The notes under the pieces are model-generated. The model was not told the origin of the DNA and did no database searches. It worked only from the letters and a program-made list of their open reading frames with translations. Shown piece after piece: positions 27,604 to 36,607 of a stretch of DNA of 50,847 nucleotides. Position 1 is the stretch's first letter; every line of letters begins with the position of its first letter. A program made the position numbers and the translations under genes. Source of the stretch: a virus (taxonomy: Duplodnaviria; Caudoviricetes); the IMG/VR virus record IMGVR_UViG_3300031669_000042, positions 1-50,847 of that record; one strand, given 5' to 3'.

Positions 27604-29859
27604 TTAGCTGTACAGGTCATAGATCTCTTTTGCTCGCTGTGCGGTGGTCTGCGTGACCAATTCTACCACGAGCTTGATGCCCCCGCTAGCCGTGACCGTC
27701 TTGCCCTTTACCGTCCAGACCAGGTTGCGGCCCAGCAGCACCTCGTGCTCGCTTGGGTGCGAGGAGCTGTAGCCGGGCAGGCTGTTCATGTGAATCGCCG
27801 GGGTGCCCTTGGGCGCCCGGAACTGAACCTGGACGCCTTCGTTCCAGGTGCTTTTCGTGCCGGTCATCGTGGCGTCGTAGCCCAGCGAGACGTAGGGATC
27901 CCCGACCTTGAGCTTGGCCGCCTGGGTGTAGAGCGGGTCGTGCTTGCCCTTCCCGCGCGTCACCACCATGTTGGTGGGCAGGCTGTTGGTCGCCATGAAG
28001 GTGTCGATCTGGTTGATCCACGTTGCCGCTTGCCCGGTGGGCGCCTGGCCGTGCCAGAGCGGCTCGTTGATTGTGGAATAGCCCGATCCCTGCCATGCCC
28101 CTACTGCCTGGACTTGCGCCGTTGTCGGCTTGGCCTGTTTCCAGCTTCCCTTCAGGAACTTGTCGCCTGCGGCTATGTCGTCGAAGGCTTGGTGCGGCGC
28201 GCTCCACGGCGTAGCTGGGTTGTTCTCGGGCTTGATGCTCTGGGCCGCTGCGGTCGAGCCAACCTGGCCGGGCTTGTACTGGTTGTGCTTGATGTCGTGG
28301 GCCAGCGAGTTGAGCGTCTGGGCGTCGCTCGTGGTGATCGTACCCTGCTTGACCACCACGCCCACGTCCGGGTCGGCCTGCAGCTTCTGGGCGACCTTTT
28401 TCGCCGTGGCCTCGTCTACGGCGTGGGCGATGTGCAGCTTGCTTCCCAGGTGGGTGATCTCCCACTTGCCGGGCTGGTTGATCGCCGGGTGAACCAGCAG
28501 CTCGCCGTAGGCGGTGCCCTTCACGTTCACGGCCTGGCCGCCCTGGGTCACCAGCTTGGCCTGGCCGGACGTCGCCGGAGGCACCGCCGTATCCTTGGCA
28601 AGGACCGCCTTGAATTCAGCCGTTGCCGCCGCCTCGGCCTCGGGCGTGGTGGCCTTGGGTCCAGTGAACATGGCGGAGAGCTGGGTGCCGGTCAGCTTGC
28701 CGCCGACCGCTGGCCCGGCCTGGCCCTGCTGCGCCGCATCCACCAGGGACTCCATCGCCTGCTTGTCAGAGACGTTCGCGGCGTACATCTGGGCCGCGGC
28801 TTTGCTTTTTAGCGGGCTCGATGTGTAGGGCTGCCCCGTCACCGAATCCACCACCGCATAGCCGCCGGGCACCTTCTGGATGGTGGGCTTGCCCTGGGCC
28901 TGCGCCGCCGATTGAGCAGGCGTCTGCGGTGCCATGGTCGCCGCCAACTGGGCCTGCGCTCCCTGGACTGCCGCTTGGAGCTCGGCCTGCTGGTTCAGGT
29001 TCGCAGCTTTCAGTGCCGCCTTGGCCTCATACTTGTGGGTGCTCACGAGCTTCCCGTCCGGCCCGTAGACGCTGTAGCCGTGCTGTCCCTTCACCACGTG
29101 GGCTTGTCCGGTTGTTTGGGCCTGGGCTTCGGCCTTGCTGGGACCACCCATGTGGGCCTGGCCCCACGCATCCGCCTGGGCCTTGGTCTTGAACCCCTGC
29201 TCGTAGACCTCCCCGCTGGCCGTGTTGTAGACCGTCATCCCCTTGGGTCCCTTGGCCACGAAGTAGGTCTCCCCGGCGGCCATGGCCTGGGCCTGGGCGA
29301 TGGCCAGCGACTTTTTGGTGAATGGGGTCCCCGATTCTCCTCCCGCTGTTATGGCCTCATACTTGCCGCCACCTATCGCATGGACTGCCCATTCCCCGCC
29401 TTCCTCACCGCCGGCCACGACCTCGCCCTTCTTGGCCTTGAAGTACTGCTTGACCTCCCCGCCGTTCAGCTTGGTCGCCGTCTGCTTGGCGTAGGTCTGG
29501 CTCTGCAGTGTCTTGGCGACCTGGCCGGTGGTCTCATCCACCACGTCGTAGCCCGAGCCGGAGGCGGACTTGGTCACCACATAGTGCGGCGGAGGAGGCG
29601 GCGGAGGCTCTGTGGCCTTGGGCTTGGCATGGGAAACCCAGCCCGCGTAGGAGGCGTTTATCAGCGCCCCCTGGACGGCCATCCCCTTGACGAAATCGTT
29701 CGCCTGGCTCAGGAGCTCCTTTGCCTTGGCCGCGCCGCCAATGCTGACTAGTCCCTGCTGGGGCACAAAGACGTTTGCTGGCTTGGCGTTGTGCGGCCCG
29801 AGGGCTTGGCCCGCGCCGCTGGCCCCCAGCTTGACCCAGATCCCCCCGCTTGCGGCCAT
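27604..29859 (-). CDS. Multi-repeat protein with C-terminal VIP2/Alt-like ADP-ribosyltransferase domain
   Basis: WQGSGYSTINEPL...VVTRG...GYDAT...SEHEVLL (R and ExE motifs); start re-called at MAASGGIW. Confidence 0.8.
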   Translation of the reverse strand: MAASGGIWVKLGASGAGQALGPHNAKPANVFVPQQGLVSIGGAAKAKELLSQANDFVKGMAVQGALINASYAGWVSHAKPKATEPPPPPPPHYVVTKSASGSGYDVVDETTGQVAKTLQSQTYAKQTATKLNGGEVKQYFKAKKGEVVAGGEEGGEWAVHAIGGGKYEAITAGGESGTPFTKKSLAIAQAQAMAAGETYFVAKGPKGMTVYNTASGEVYEQGFKTKAQADAWGQAHMGGPSKAEAQAQTTGQAHVVKGQHGYSVYGPDGKLVSTHKYEAKAALKAANLNQQAELQAAVQGAQAQLAATMAPQTPAQSAAQAQGKPTIQKVPGGYAVVDSVTGQPYTSSPLKSKAAAQMYAANVSDKQAMESLVDAAQQGQAGPAVGGKLTGTQLSAMFTGPKATTPEAEAAATAEFKAVLAKDTAVPPATSGQAKLVTQGGQAVNVKGTAYGELLVHPAINQPGKWEITHLGSKLHIAHAVDEATAKKVAQKLQADPDVGVVVKQGTITTSDAQTLNSLAHDIKHNQYKPGQVGSTAAAQSIKPENNPATPWSAPHQAFDDIAAGDKFLKGSWKQAKPTTAQVQAVGAWQGSGYSTINEPLWHGQAPTGQAATWINQIDTFMATNSLPTNMVVTRGKGKHDPLYTQAAKLKVGDPYVSLGYDATMTGTKSTWNEGVQVQFRAPKGTPAIHMNSLPGYSSSHPSEHEVLLGRNLVWTVKGKTVTASGGIKLVVELVTQTTAQRAKEIYDLYS

Positions 29860-29860
29860 C

Positions 29861-31387
29861 TCAGCCTCCCTTGTAGAGCTTGACGATGTCGGCGTCGCTG
29901 GCCGGGTCCTTGATCGAGCCGTTCTGGACCCCGGTCCACAGCTTGCGCACAAACCCGTCGATCTGGCCGTCCTTGACTCCCTGCCTGCTCAGCACGCTGT
30001 GAATCCGGCTCAGTTGCTGCATGCGGTCAAACCTGGCCCCCACCGTGGCGTGCAGCGCCTTGGGCATCACGCCCAGGAGTTGCTGCCGCTTCCCGGCCAT
30101 CGCCTTGGCCTGGGCCGCGACCTGTCCGATGGTCATGCTGCCAAAGACCGGCTTGCCCTGGCTGCTCTCCCGGAGGCTCCAGACCTCCATGGGAAAGTTG
30201 CCGAAGGCGTCGCCCTTGGCCTTGCCCTGAGCGCGGAAACGCAAGCTCCCGCCGTTGTCGATGCGGTACGTCTTGCCGCCGCCATAGAGGATGTTGTCGG
30301 CGTCCAGCCCGATCACGTCCCAGTTGCTCAGCAGTGCGTCCGCGGCAAAGTTGCGCTGCAGGCTGGCGTAGGCGCGCTGCCGCTCGACCCCGTGCAGGTC
30401 CGCCAGCGCCTTGCCCTGGACGAACTCGGCCAGCTTCACCGGCCCGCCTGGCTGCTGATAGACCTTGAAGGGCGCGACTCTGGCCCCGAGGACCTCGTAG
30501 GCCGCGTCGGCGTAGCTCTCCTCTAGCAGGTGCTCGGGGCTGTTGCCCCGCTTCAGCACGTACTGCTGGCCCCCGGCTGTCACCAGCTTGGTCCCGGTGG
30601 AGCCCCCCAGGCTCTTGACCGTGGTGGTAGCCGCCGGGCTCTCGGGCCAGGTGACCTCCCCCGGCTTGCTCGCCGGTGCCGTCGTGGGGTTGGCCGCCGG
30701 AGCTGCCGCCGGCTTGGCCGATGGCTGCTTTCCGCCCACCTGGTCGAGCGCAGCGAGCACGTCCTGGTCACGCTGCTTGTTGAGTAGCACCGCCGCCTCG
30801 GACTTGGGCACCAGCTTGACCGACTGGCTCTCTGTCCCCTGGTCCCCGGGACTGCCCCCGATCCGCCGGGCCAGGTAGAAGCGGGTTGTGCTGGTGTCGC
30901 CCTCGAAGTGGCCCACCATCCCGGTGATCTCGGCCTGCAGCCCGGTCTCCTCGAAGACCTCTCGCAGCGCGTTCTGCTGGTCGGTGAGACCCTTATCCAG
31001 CCCGCCCTTGGGGAAGGTGTGCTGATAGCCGCCGTAGTGGCCCTTGGGCTCGTAGATCCAGACCCGCCCATCCGGCTCCACGATCACGCACCCGGCGCTG
31101 CGCTTTTTGCTGCCCGGCGGCCAGCTCTCATCCCCCACGGGAACGTCCCACACGTCCTTCCAGAACCCCGGCTTGGCGCTGCCCATGGCCACGCCGTTGA
31201 TGGCCCCCTGCTCGTGGCCGCCGGGAGGAAAGACAACGCTGTCCGCCCGGTAGGGCGTGCTGGTCGCGCTGCCCTTGGGTCGGTTGCCGCCCAGCACGGC
31301 CTGCACGGTGCTCCCCTTGGGCACGAACACGCGGGTTGTGGCCCCTGCCGCCCCGCCCTTGGTCCAGGTCCCGCCGCTTGCTGCCAT
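29861..31387 (-). CDS. NUDIX hydrolase fused to HipA/PI3K-PI4K-like kinase-fold domain
   Basis: Nudix box GGLDKGLTDQQNALREVFEETGL; LGGSTG...YVLK...E...NWDVIG...DNI...RIDNG kinase-like motifs. Confidence 0.8.
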   Translation of the reverse strand: MAASGGTWTKGGAAGATTRVFVPKGSTVQAVLGGNRPKGSATSTPYRADSVVFPPGGHEQGAINGVAMGSAKPGFWKDVWDVPVGDESWPPGSKKRSAGCVIVEPDGRVWIYEPKGHYGGYQHTFPKGGLDKGLTDQQNALREVFEETGLQAEITGMVGHFEGDTSTTRFYLARRIGGSPGDQGTESQSVKLVPKSEAAVLLNKQRDQDVLAALDQVGGKQPSAKPAAAPAANPTTAPASKPGEVTWPESPAATTTVKSLGGSTGTKLVTAGGQQYVLKRGNSPEHLLEESYADAAYEVLGARVAPFKVYQQPGGPVKLAEFVQGKALADLHGVERQRAYASLQRNFAADALLSNWDVIGLDADNILYGGGKTYRIDNGGSLRFRAQGKAKGDAFGNFPMEVWSLRESSQGKPVFGSMTIGQVAAQAKAMAGKRQQLLGVMPKALHATVGARFDRMQQLSRIHSVLSRQGVKDGQIDGFVRKLWTGVQNGSIKDPASDADIVKLYKGG

Positions 31388-32592
31388 CAGCGCACCCCCA
31401 GCTCCACTTCCGCGTACAGGGTGTCGAACCCGTCCGGGCTAAACACCAGGTAGGGCATCTCCTGCTCATCCACGTACTGCGCCCAGCCCTCCCCCTCCTT
31501 GCGCCCCGCGTAGGCGAAGCAGGGCACCCGCGCCGGGCAGTTGCGCGTCCGCGGCTCCACCCACATGATGCCCAGCAGCTCCCGGAAGGTGAGCTGCGGC
31601 GGGACTTTATGCGTGCGCCACAGGTTGTGCGCCACGCTCCCCAGGTAGCTGTCGATGGGCCAGCGCCCCTCGGGCAGCCGCGGGACAAAGTAGTCGGCGA
31701 AGTCGCTGTAGGAGATCAGCCGGTCGGTCCAGCCCAGCTCATAGCAAAGATTTATCCAGCCCTGGGCCGTGGGGAAGGTCCGCGGGTAGAGATCCTGGAA
31801 GGGCTTGTCAAAGCCGCTCTTGGTCGGCTGTCCCACGCTAAAGACCTCTAGCCCGGCCTCCTGGGCCGCCTCCCGCGCGTGCATGATGAACCCGAACTCC
31901 AGCACGTCGCACTGTCGCTGCTGCGCGCGGGCGATGGTGTACTCCCCCAGGGCATCCCTGGCCCATGGCTTCATCTTGCGCGTCTGGGCGTAGTACAGGT
32001 GCAGGCGCTCGATCCAGGCGGCGTAGGCCCCGCAGGCGCGTAGCGTCGACATGATCTGGCCGGGGTCCGCGATCCACTCGGGCACGCAGGGGTTGACGCC
32101 CGCGATCACCCGGTGGCCGCGGTCGGCCAGCTCGTAGATCAACTGCAGCCGGGTCGGTATGCTCGGCGCTCCCGGCGCCACCTGCGCGCGAATCGTGTCG
32201 TCCAGGGTCTCCACCGTCACGTACCAGATCGACGGCGGGAGCATCTTGGCCGCCTCCATCGCCGCCTCGCCGCCCTTGGTCTGTACCATCACCGGGAGCC
32301 CCAGCTCGGTCATCACGCCCAGAACGGCCAGGCTCTGCTCGGCGTTGGCCTGGCAGAAGGGGTCGGTCCGGTTGCTGACCACCGTGGGGTAGCCCTGCTG
32401 CAGCAGGTAGGCGACGTAGGTCTCCCGCTCCCGGTACTCGGCCAGCAGCCGCATCAGCGCCTTGTAGTCAACGTGGCGCTTGGGCGCGTTCAGGTTGGCG
32501 AAGCAGTAGCTACAGCCGTGGGTGCAGGTCCCCAGGCTCAGCTCTAGCGGCGCCGGGTTGACCAGGAACTCGCCCCAGTAGGGCACGATCAT
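31387..32592 (-). CDS. Radical SAM protein (spore photoproduct lyase-like family)
   Basis: CTHGCSYCFA, TDPF, QTKG and PGAPSIPTRL motifs. Confidence 0.88.
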   Translation of the reverse strand: MIVPYWGEFLVNPAPLELSLGTCTHGCSYCFANLNAPKRHVDYKALMRLLAEYRERETYVAYLLQQGYPTVVSNRTDPFCQANAEQSLAVLGVMTELGLPVMVQTKGGEAAMEAAKMLPPSIWYVTVETLDDTIRAQVAPGAPSIPTRLQLIYELADRGHRVIAGVNPCVPEWIADPGQIMSTLRACGAYAAWIERLHLYYAQTRKMKPWARDALGEYTIARAQQRQCDVLEFGFIMHAREAAQEAGLEVFSVGQPTKSGFDKPFQDLYPRTFPTAQGWINLCYELGWTDRLISYSDFADYFVPRLPEGRWPIDSYLGSVAHNLWRTHKVPPQLTFRELLGIMWVEPRTRNCPARVPCFAYAGRKEGEGWAQYVDEQEMPYLVFSPDGFDTLYAEVELGVR

Positions 32593-32604
32593 GGCTCTCT
32601 CCTC

Positions 32605-32766
32605 TCAGGGCTTCCTGGCCCGCCGCTTGCGCTTGGGCTTCGACGCGCCAGCCACTGGCGGCACCACGCTGTTGGTGATCTTGGCCGCCGACGCCTTGCT
32701 CTTGCCCTTGCGCCGCACGGCCTCGTAGACCTCCCACCACTTGTCGCTGCGCCCCTTACCCGGCAT
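32605..32766 (-). CDS. Small basic protein
   Basis: MPGKGRSDKWWEVYEAVRRKGKSKASAAKITNS; start re-called. Confidence 0.65.
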   Translation of the reverse strand: MPGKGRSDKWWEVYEAVRRKGKSKASAAKITNSVVPPVAGASKPKRKRRARKP

Positions 32767-33412
32767 CGCCGCCCTCCCCTGGCCAGAGCAGCTTAAAGGC
32801 TTCCTTGTCGCCGGTGGCCCCCAGGTCCTGCTTGATCTGCCGCCAGCGATTGAACTCCTCCCGGTTGAGCACGATGGCCACGGGGAACTGAGCGAAGAGC
32901 GAGCTGTCCTCAGCCGCCGCGCGGGCCGATGCCTGCTCTCCCGTCTCGCCGTCGGCGCCATCCTGCTCTTGGTCGCCTATGAAGGCATACTCCTCCTTGT
33001 ACAGGCCCGCCTCTTCCGCCAGGTCGGCGAACAGCTTTTGCAGGGCTTCCTCCCCGGTGGACACCTCGCGCAGCAGGGCGTCCAGGGCTTGCGGGTCCGC
33101 CTGGGCCATGGCCGCCAGCGGGTCCAGGGATGCCAGCGCCTCGGGCTCCTCCTCCGGCGCGATGTCGACGTACTCCACCGGGATCTCAGGAATGTCGGCC
33201 AGGATGGCCATCTCGGCGCGCAGGTGCCCATCGAGCAGGTGGCCCGTCCGCTGGTTCACGGTCACCGAGCGCAGGTAGCCCACGTCCTTGATCGCCGCCT
33301 CCAGGGCCTCCTGCTGTTTCACCGGGTGCAGGCGCCAGTTGTAGGGGTTGGGGATCAGGGCCCTGGGATCCACCAGCCCCGACCCGACCACCCGAATCTG
33401 CCACTCAGCCAT
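32756..33412 (-). CDS. ParB/Sulfiredoxin-like N-terminal domain protein
   Basis: NPYNWRLHP...VNQRTGHLLDGHLR; start re-called at MAEWQIR. Confidence 0.85.
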   Translation of the reverse strand: MAEWQIRVVGSGLVDPRALIPNPYNWRLHPVKQQEALEAAIKDVGYLRSVTVNQRTGHLLDGHLRAEMAILADIPEIPVEYVDIAPEEEPEALASLDPLAAMAQADPQALDALLREVSTGEEALQKLFADLAEEAGLYKEEYAFIGDQEQDGADGETGEQASARAAAEDSSLFAQFPVAIVLNREEFNRWRQIKQDLGATGDKEAFKLLWPGEGGDAG

Positions 33413-34802
33413 GTGTCTCCTTTTCGGGCTTGAGCCCCATGTCGGCCAGCCGCTGCAGCGCCACCGCCACGTAGCAGGGGTCGAGCTCGGCCCCGTAGCA
33501 GAGGCGGCCCATGCGCTCGGCGGCCACAAAGGTGCTCCCGGAGCCGGTGAAGGGCTCGTAGCCTATGTCGCCCTGCTGACTCGAATTGCGCAGGTGCCGC
33601 GCGATCAGCTCTGGCGGCTTCATGTTGGGGTGCAGCGCGCTCCTCGACGGGCGATCCACCTCGAATACGCTGGTCTGGTCCCGGCCCGCGTACCACTTGC
33701 GCCCTTTGCCCTTCCAGCCGTAGAGGATGAATCCATGCCGGTTGGGGTAGTCCGCCGGGTCCTTGCCCTTGGCTCGTAGTCCCTGCTGGACGACCTGGGG
33801 TAGCTCGGGCTGGCCCCCCGGCTCCCCGCTGTCCGGATACCAGAGGCGCTCGCCCTTGGAGACGTACATCACCGGCTCGTGCTTGTAGTGGTAGTCGCTG
33901 TGGCCCGGCACCATGCTGTTCTTGACCCAGACCAGGGTCTCGTGAAAATGCCAGCCCACGGCCAGGACGGTGGCGCCAAAGACCAGGCTCAGCGGCCCCG
34001 CCGGGTGGGCGATGTAGACGGGCGCCCCCTCCACCAGGTAGCGGTCCGCCAGGCGGAAGGCGTTTGCCAGGAGCTCGCCCAGCCCGCCCGCCAGGTCGTT
34101 CTGTATCTTGAGCTGGTCCTTGGTCCTCCCGGTATAGTCCACGCCGTATGGCGGGTCGGTCCACATCCAGCGGCCCCGGTGCCTCCCCATCAGCCGGGCC
34201 ACAACTCGAGAGTTGGCGGCGTCGCCGCAAACCAGCCGATGGCTTCCGCCGGGGAGCGTCCGGCTCGGGACAGTCCAGAGCTGGCCCAGGGCCGTGCCCC
34301 ACTTCTCTCGCAGGGCCTCGGGTGGCGACTGTAGGGCCGGTCCCTGCTCCTCCTGCTCCCAATCATCGGGGACTTGCTCTAGCTCGGCGTCCGGAGCCGC
34401 GGCCATGGCGTCCAGGAATCCCTGCAGCACGGGGTTGTCCGTCGAGACCTGCTCTAGCAGGTCGTTGAGTACGGCCTGCTCGGCCAGTGCCATGCCGGTG
34501 ATGGGGTCGAAGGTGGCGAGGACGAGGCGCTCCTCCTCCTCTGAAAGGTCCACGTAGGAAACCGGGACTTGGGGAATACCGCGCCGCTTGGCCAGCGCCA
34601 CCCGCAGGTGGCCGTCGACCAGGCGGCCTGTGCGCTTGTTGACAATGATGCGGTCCACCCACCCGACCGTCTCCAGAACGCTTTCCAGGACTTGGCTCTG
34701 TTCTGCCGGGTGGGCGCGCCAATTCAGGGGATTAGGGAGGAGGACGTTCGGGTCCGCCTCCCCTTGCTCAACGATGCGATTCTGCCATCCACCAGGGCTC
34801 AT
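33405..34802 (-). CDS. ParB-like domain fused to N6A/N4C DNA methyltransferase (beta class)
   Basis: NPLNWRAHP...LVDGHLR; TDPPY catalytic motif preceding HPNMKP and EPFTGSGST. Confidence 0.92.
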   Translation of the reverse strand: MSPGGWQNRIVEQGEADPNVLLPNPLNWRAHPAEQSQVLESVLETVGWVDRIIVNKRTGRLVDGHLRVALAKRRGIPQVPVSYVDLSEEEERLVLATFDPITGMALAEQAVLNDLLEQVSTDNPVLQGFLDAMAAAPDAELEQVPDDWEQEEQGPALQSPPEALREKWGTALGQLWTVPSRTLPGGSHRLVCGDAANSRVVARLMGRHRGRWMWTDPPYGVDYTGRTKDQLKIQNDLAGGLGELLANAFRLADRYLVEGAPVYIAHPAGPLSLVFGATVLAVGWHFHETLVWVKNSMVPGHSDYHYKHEPVMYVSKGERLWYPDSGEPGGQPELPQVVQQGLRAKGKDPADYPNRHGFILYGWKGKGRKWYAGRDQTSVFEVDRPSRSALHPNMKPPELIARHLRNSSQQGDIGYEPFTGSGSTFVAAERMGRLCYGAELDPCYVAVALQRLADMGLKPEKETHG

Positions 34803-35184
34803 CTGGGTCCGTCCATAGCCGCCGCTGCCGCTGGCCCCGCCCCTTGCCCTTGCCCTTGAGCGATGCCTGCCAGTTGCGCAGCGCCTCCCAGATCTGGTGG
34901 TAGGCGGCCAACCGGCCCGGCAGCCTGTTCCGGCGCCGCGCGGCTTCTTTGAAGTTGGGATAGTCGATGTCCTGGGCCAGAATCGCCACCGCCGCCGCCC
35001 AATCGGCCTTGCTGGCCGTGGCGCGATAGGCATAGTCCCGGCCCGGCGTCTCCACGATGGCGCCCATCCGCGGGCACCAGACATTCAGGGCCTCCAGGTC
35101 CTCTCGGCACCTGGCCCGGATGGTCACCTCACTGGCCTGGTGCTGGACGGCGCTGAAGAAGCCCGCCTCACAAAAGATCCACAT
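34768..35184 (-). CDS. Conserved-looking hypothetical phage protein
   Basis: MWIF..GFFSAV...IRAR..DL...DYAYR...IDYPNFK; RBS upstream of ATG 35184. Confidence 0.7.
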   Translation of the reverse strand: MWIFCEAGFFSAVQHQASEVTIRARCREDLEALNVWCPRMGAIVETPGRDYAYRATASKADWAAAVAILAQDIDYPNFKEAARRRNRLPGRLAAYHQIWEALRNWQASLKGKGKGRGQRQRRLWTDPDEPWWMAESHR

Positions 35185-35233
35185 GTCTCTCTCCTCTCGA
35201 TTATAGCGTATATCCGACCTGGCGTACAGGCCA

Positions 35234-35560
35234 CTACTGCTCTGGGCACGGTCGGACGCGTGCCACAAAGGCGCGCCTGGCCCGCAGCTTCATGTCCCTT
35301 ACCAGGTCGACCGCGTCGCCCATGCTGCGCACGACCACCGGCTTGCGGCCCCGCCAGGCGTCGAACCACTCCTCCTGGTCGTGGGTCAGCCGGCCCTTGC
35401 GCCGCTTCACCTCCACGAGCTCGGTCTCGCCCTCTACGCCGATCACCAGGTCCGGGAACCCGGCCCCCAGGTCGGACGTGATGGCCACGCTGGCCCCTAG
35501 TCCCCGGAAGACCGAGACGATCTCGGCCTGGTTCTCATCCACTTGCCCATGCTTGTACAT
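35234..35560 (-). CDS. VRR-NUC-like PD-(D/E)xK nuclease
   Basis: GFPDLVIG...LVEVK...GRLTHDQEEW. Confidence 0.85.
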   Translation of the reverse strand: MYKHGQVDENQAEIVSVFRGLGASVAITSDLGAGFPDLVIGVEGETELVEVKRRKGRLTHDQEEWFDAWRGRKPVVVRSMGDAVDLVRDMKLRARRAFVARVRPCPEQ

Positions 35561-35655
35561 GCCGCTCCCTTGCTTGACACGTTATAATAAACGCGGTTAC
35601 GTATATAGACGTAATTCCACTTATTCCCGGCCCCTCTCTTACTTGACCCGTTATC

Positions 35656-35701
35656 ATAATGGGAATTACGTCTATATATATATAGACGTAATTCCCATTA
35701 T
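35656..35701. repeat. Perfect 46-bp palindrome (copy 2, identical to the core of copy 1)
   Basis: ataatgggaattacgtctatatatatatagacgtaattcccattat; an extra half-site tatatagacgtaattcc at 35602-35618. Confidence 0.97.
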
Positions 35702-35713
35702 TCCCCTTGGCCC

Positions 35714-36172
35714 CTAGCCCCGACGCCCCGGCGGGCTCCATCGCTGCCTCGCCCGCTTGGGCAGGCGCTCCACTCGCCCCCGCTCGGGCAGCCGACGGGG
35801 CTGTAGCCCTAGCCAGGGCGCTGGCTGCTCTGGCTTGGGCTCGACCCCGAACTCCTCCTGGAGCTCCTCCATGAACTCGGCCCAATCCTGGGCAGTCGGC
35901 GCCGCCCAGGTGTCGGTGGCGCCCGGCGCCCCCCAGGCGCCGGGCAAAGCCGCGGCTGCTCGCCGCACCTCGGCGAACCACTGCGATTGCGCCTCCTCTA
36001 GCGCCCGCGCGACGCCCGCCATGATGGCCAGCATCCCGCCCTCGATGTTCCTGCGCATCTGGCCCCCGATGTACTCGGCCACCTTGCGCACCGCCTCGGG
36101 GTCAATCTCGCGGGCTTCGTCGACCCAGACCCGCTGGATGGCGTCCTTGGGCTCGTGCCGCTCCTGGTTCAT
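35714..36172 (-). CDS. Hypothetical protein
   Basis: MNQERHEPKD...; ATGA coupling to the upstream small ORF. Confidence 0.6.
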   Translation of the reverse strand: MNQERHEPKDAIQRVWVDEAREIDPEAVRKVAEYIGGQMRRNIEGGMLAIMAGVARALEEAQSQWFAEVRRAAAALPGAWGAPGATDTWAAPTAQDWAEFMEELQEEFGVEPKPEQPAPWLGLQPRRLPERGRVERLPKRARQRWSPPGRRG

Positions 36173-36309
36173 CGCCAGCACACGCACATGACGCGCCCGT
36201 GGATGCAGCCCGGCGGGCACTTGTGCACCCCGTAAGGCCCGATCTCGGTCGGGCTGGTGCAGCCCGCCAGGGCCACCAGTAGTAGTGCTAGAACGATCAT
36301 CTTACGCAT
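36169..36309 (-). CDS. Small Cys-rich lipoprotein (46 aa)
   Basis: Manual translation MRKMIVLALLLVALAGCTSPTEIGPYGVHKCPPGCIHGRVMCVCWR; LAGC lipobox; AAGGAGAG RBS. Confidence 0.65.
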   Translation of the reverse strand: MRKMIVLALLLVALAGCTSPTEIGPYGVHKCPPGCIHGRVMCVCWR

Positions 36310-36607
36310 GCTGCTCTCCTTGTTGCTGTAGCTCCCGCGTCCTAAGCTGGCGCCGATAGATCGCCTCCAGCCAGGCCACGGCCACGGCGGCGATCTGTAC
36401 CACTTCGCGCTCGACGTCCCCTTCCTCTAGAATGGCCCTGCAGGCTTCCCCGACTTCCTCGCCCAAGATCACGCTCCAGGCTATGTCGCCGTGGTTCCGC
36501 TGGCCCCACTTCTCATCCTGCCGCGCCCTCTCGGCCAGCACCTTCGCTATCGCCAGCGCCCTGAATCTGTCACCCATCTCGCTCCCTTCCGTCAGATCTA
36601 CTTTCAT
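36302..36607 (-). CDS. MazG-like NTP pyrophosphohydrolase
   Basis: ERARQDEKWG...LGEEVGEA...EREVVQIAAVAVAWLE. Confidence 0.8.
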   Translation of the reverse strand: MKVDLTEGSEMGDRFRALAIAKVLAERARQDEKWGQRNHGDIAWSVILGEEVGEACRAILEEGDVEREVVQIAAVAVAWLEAIYRRQLRTRELQQQGEQHA

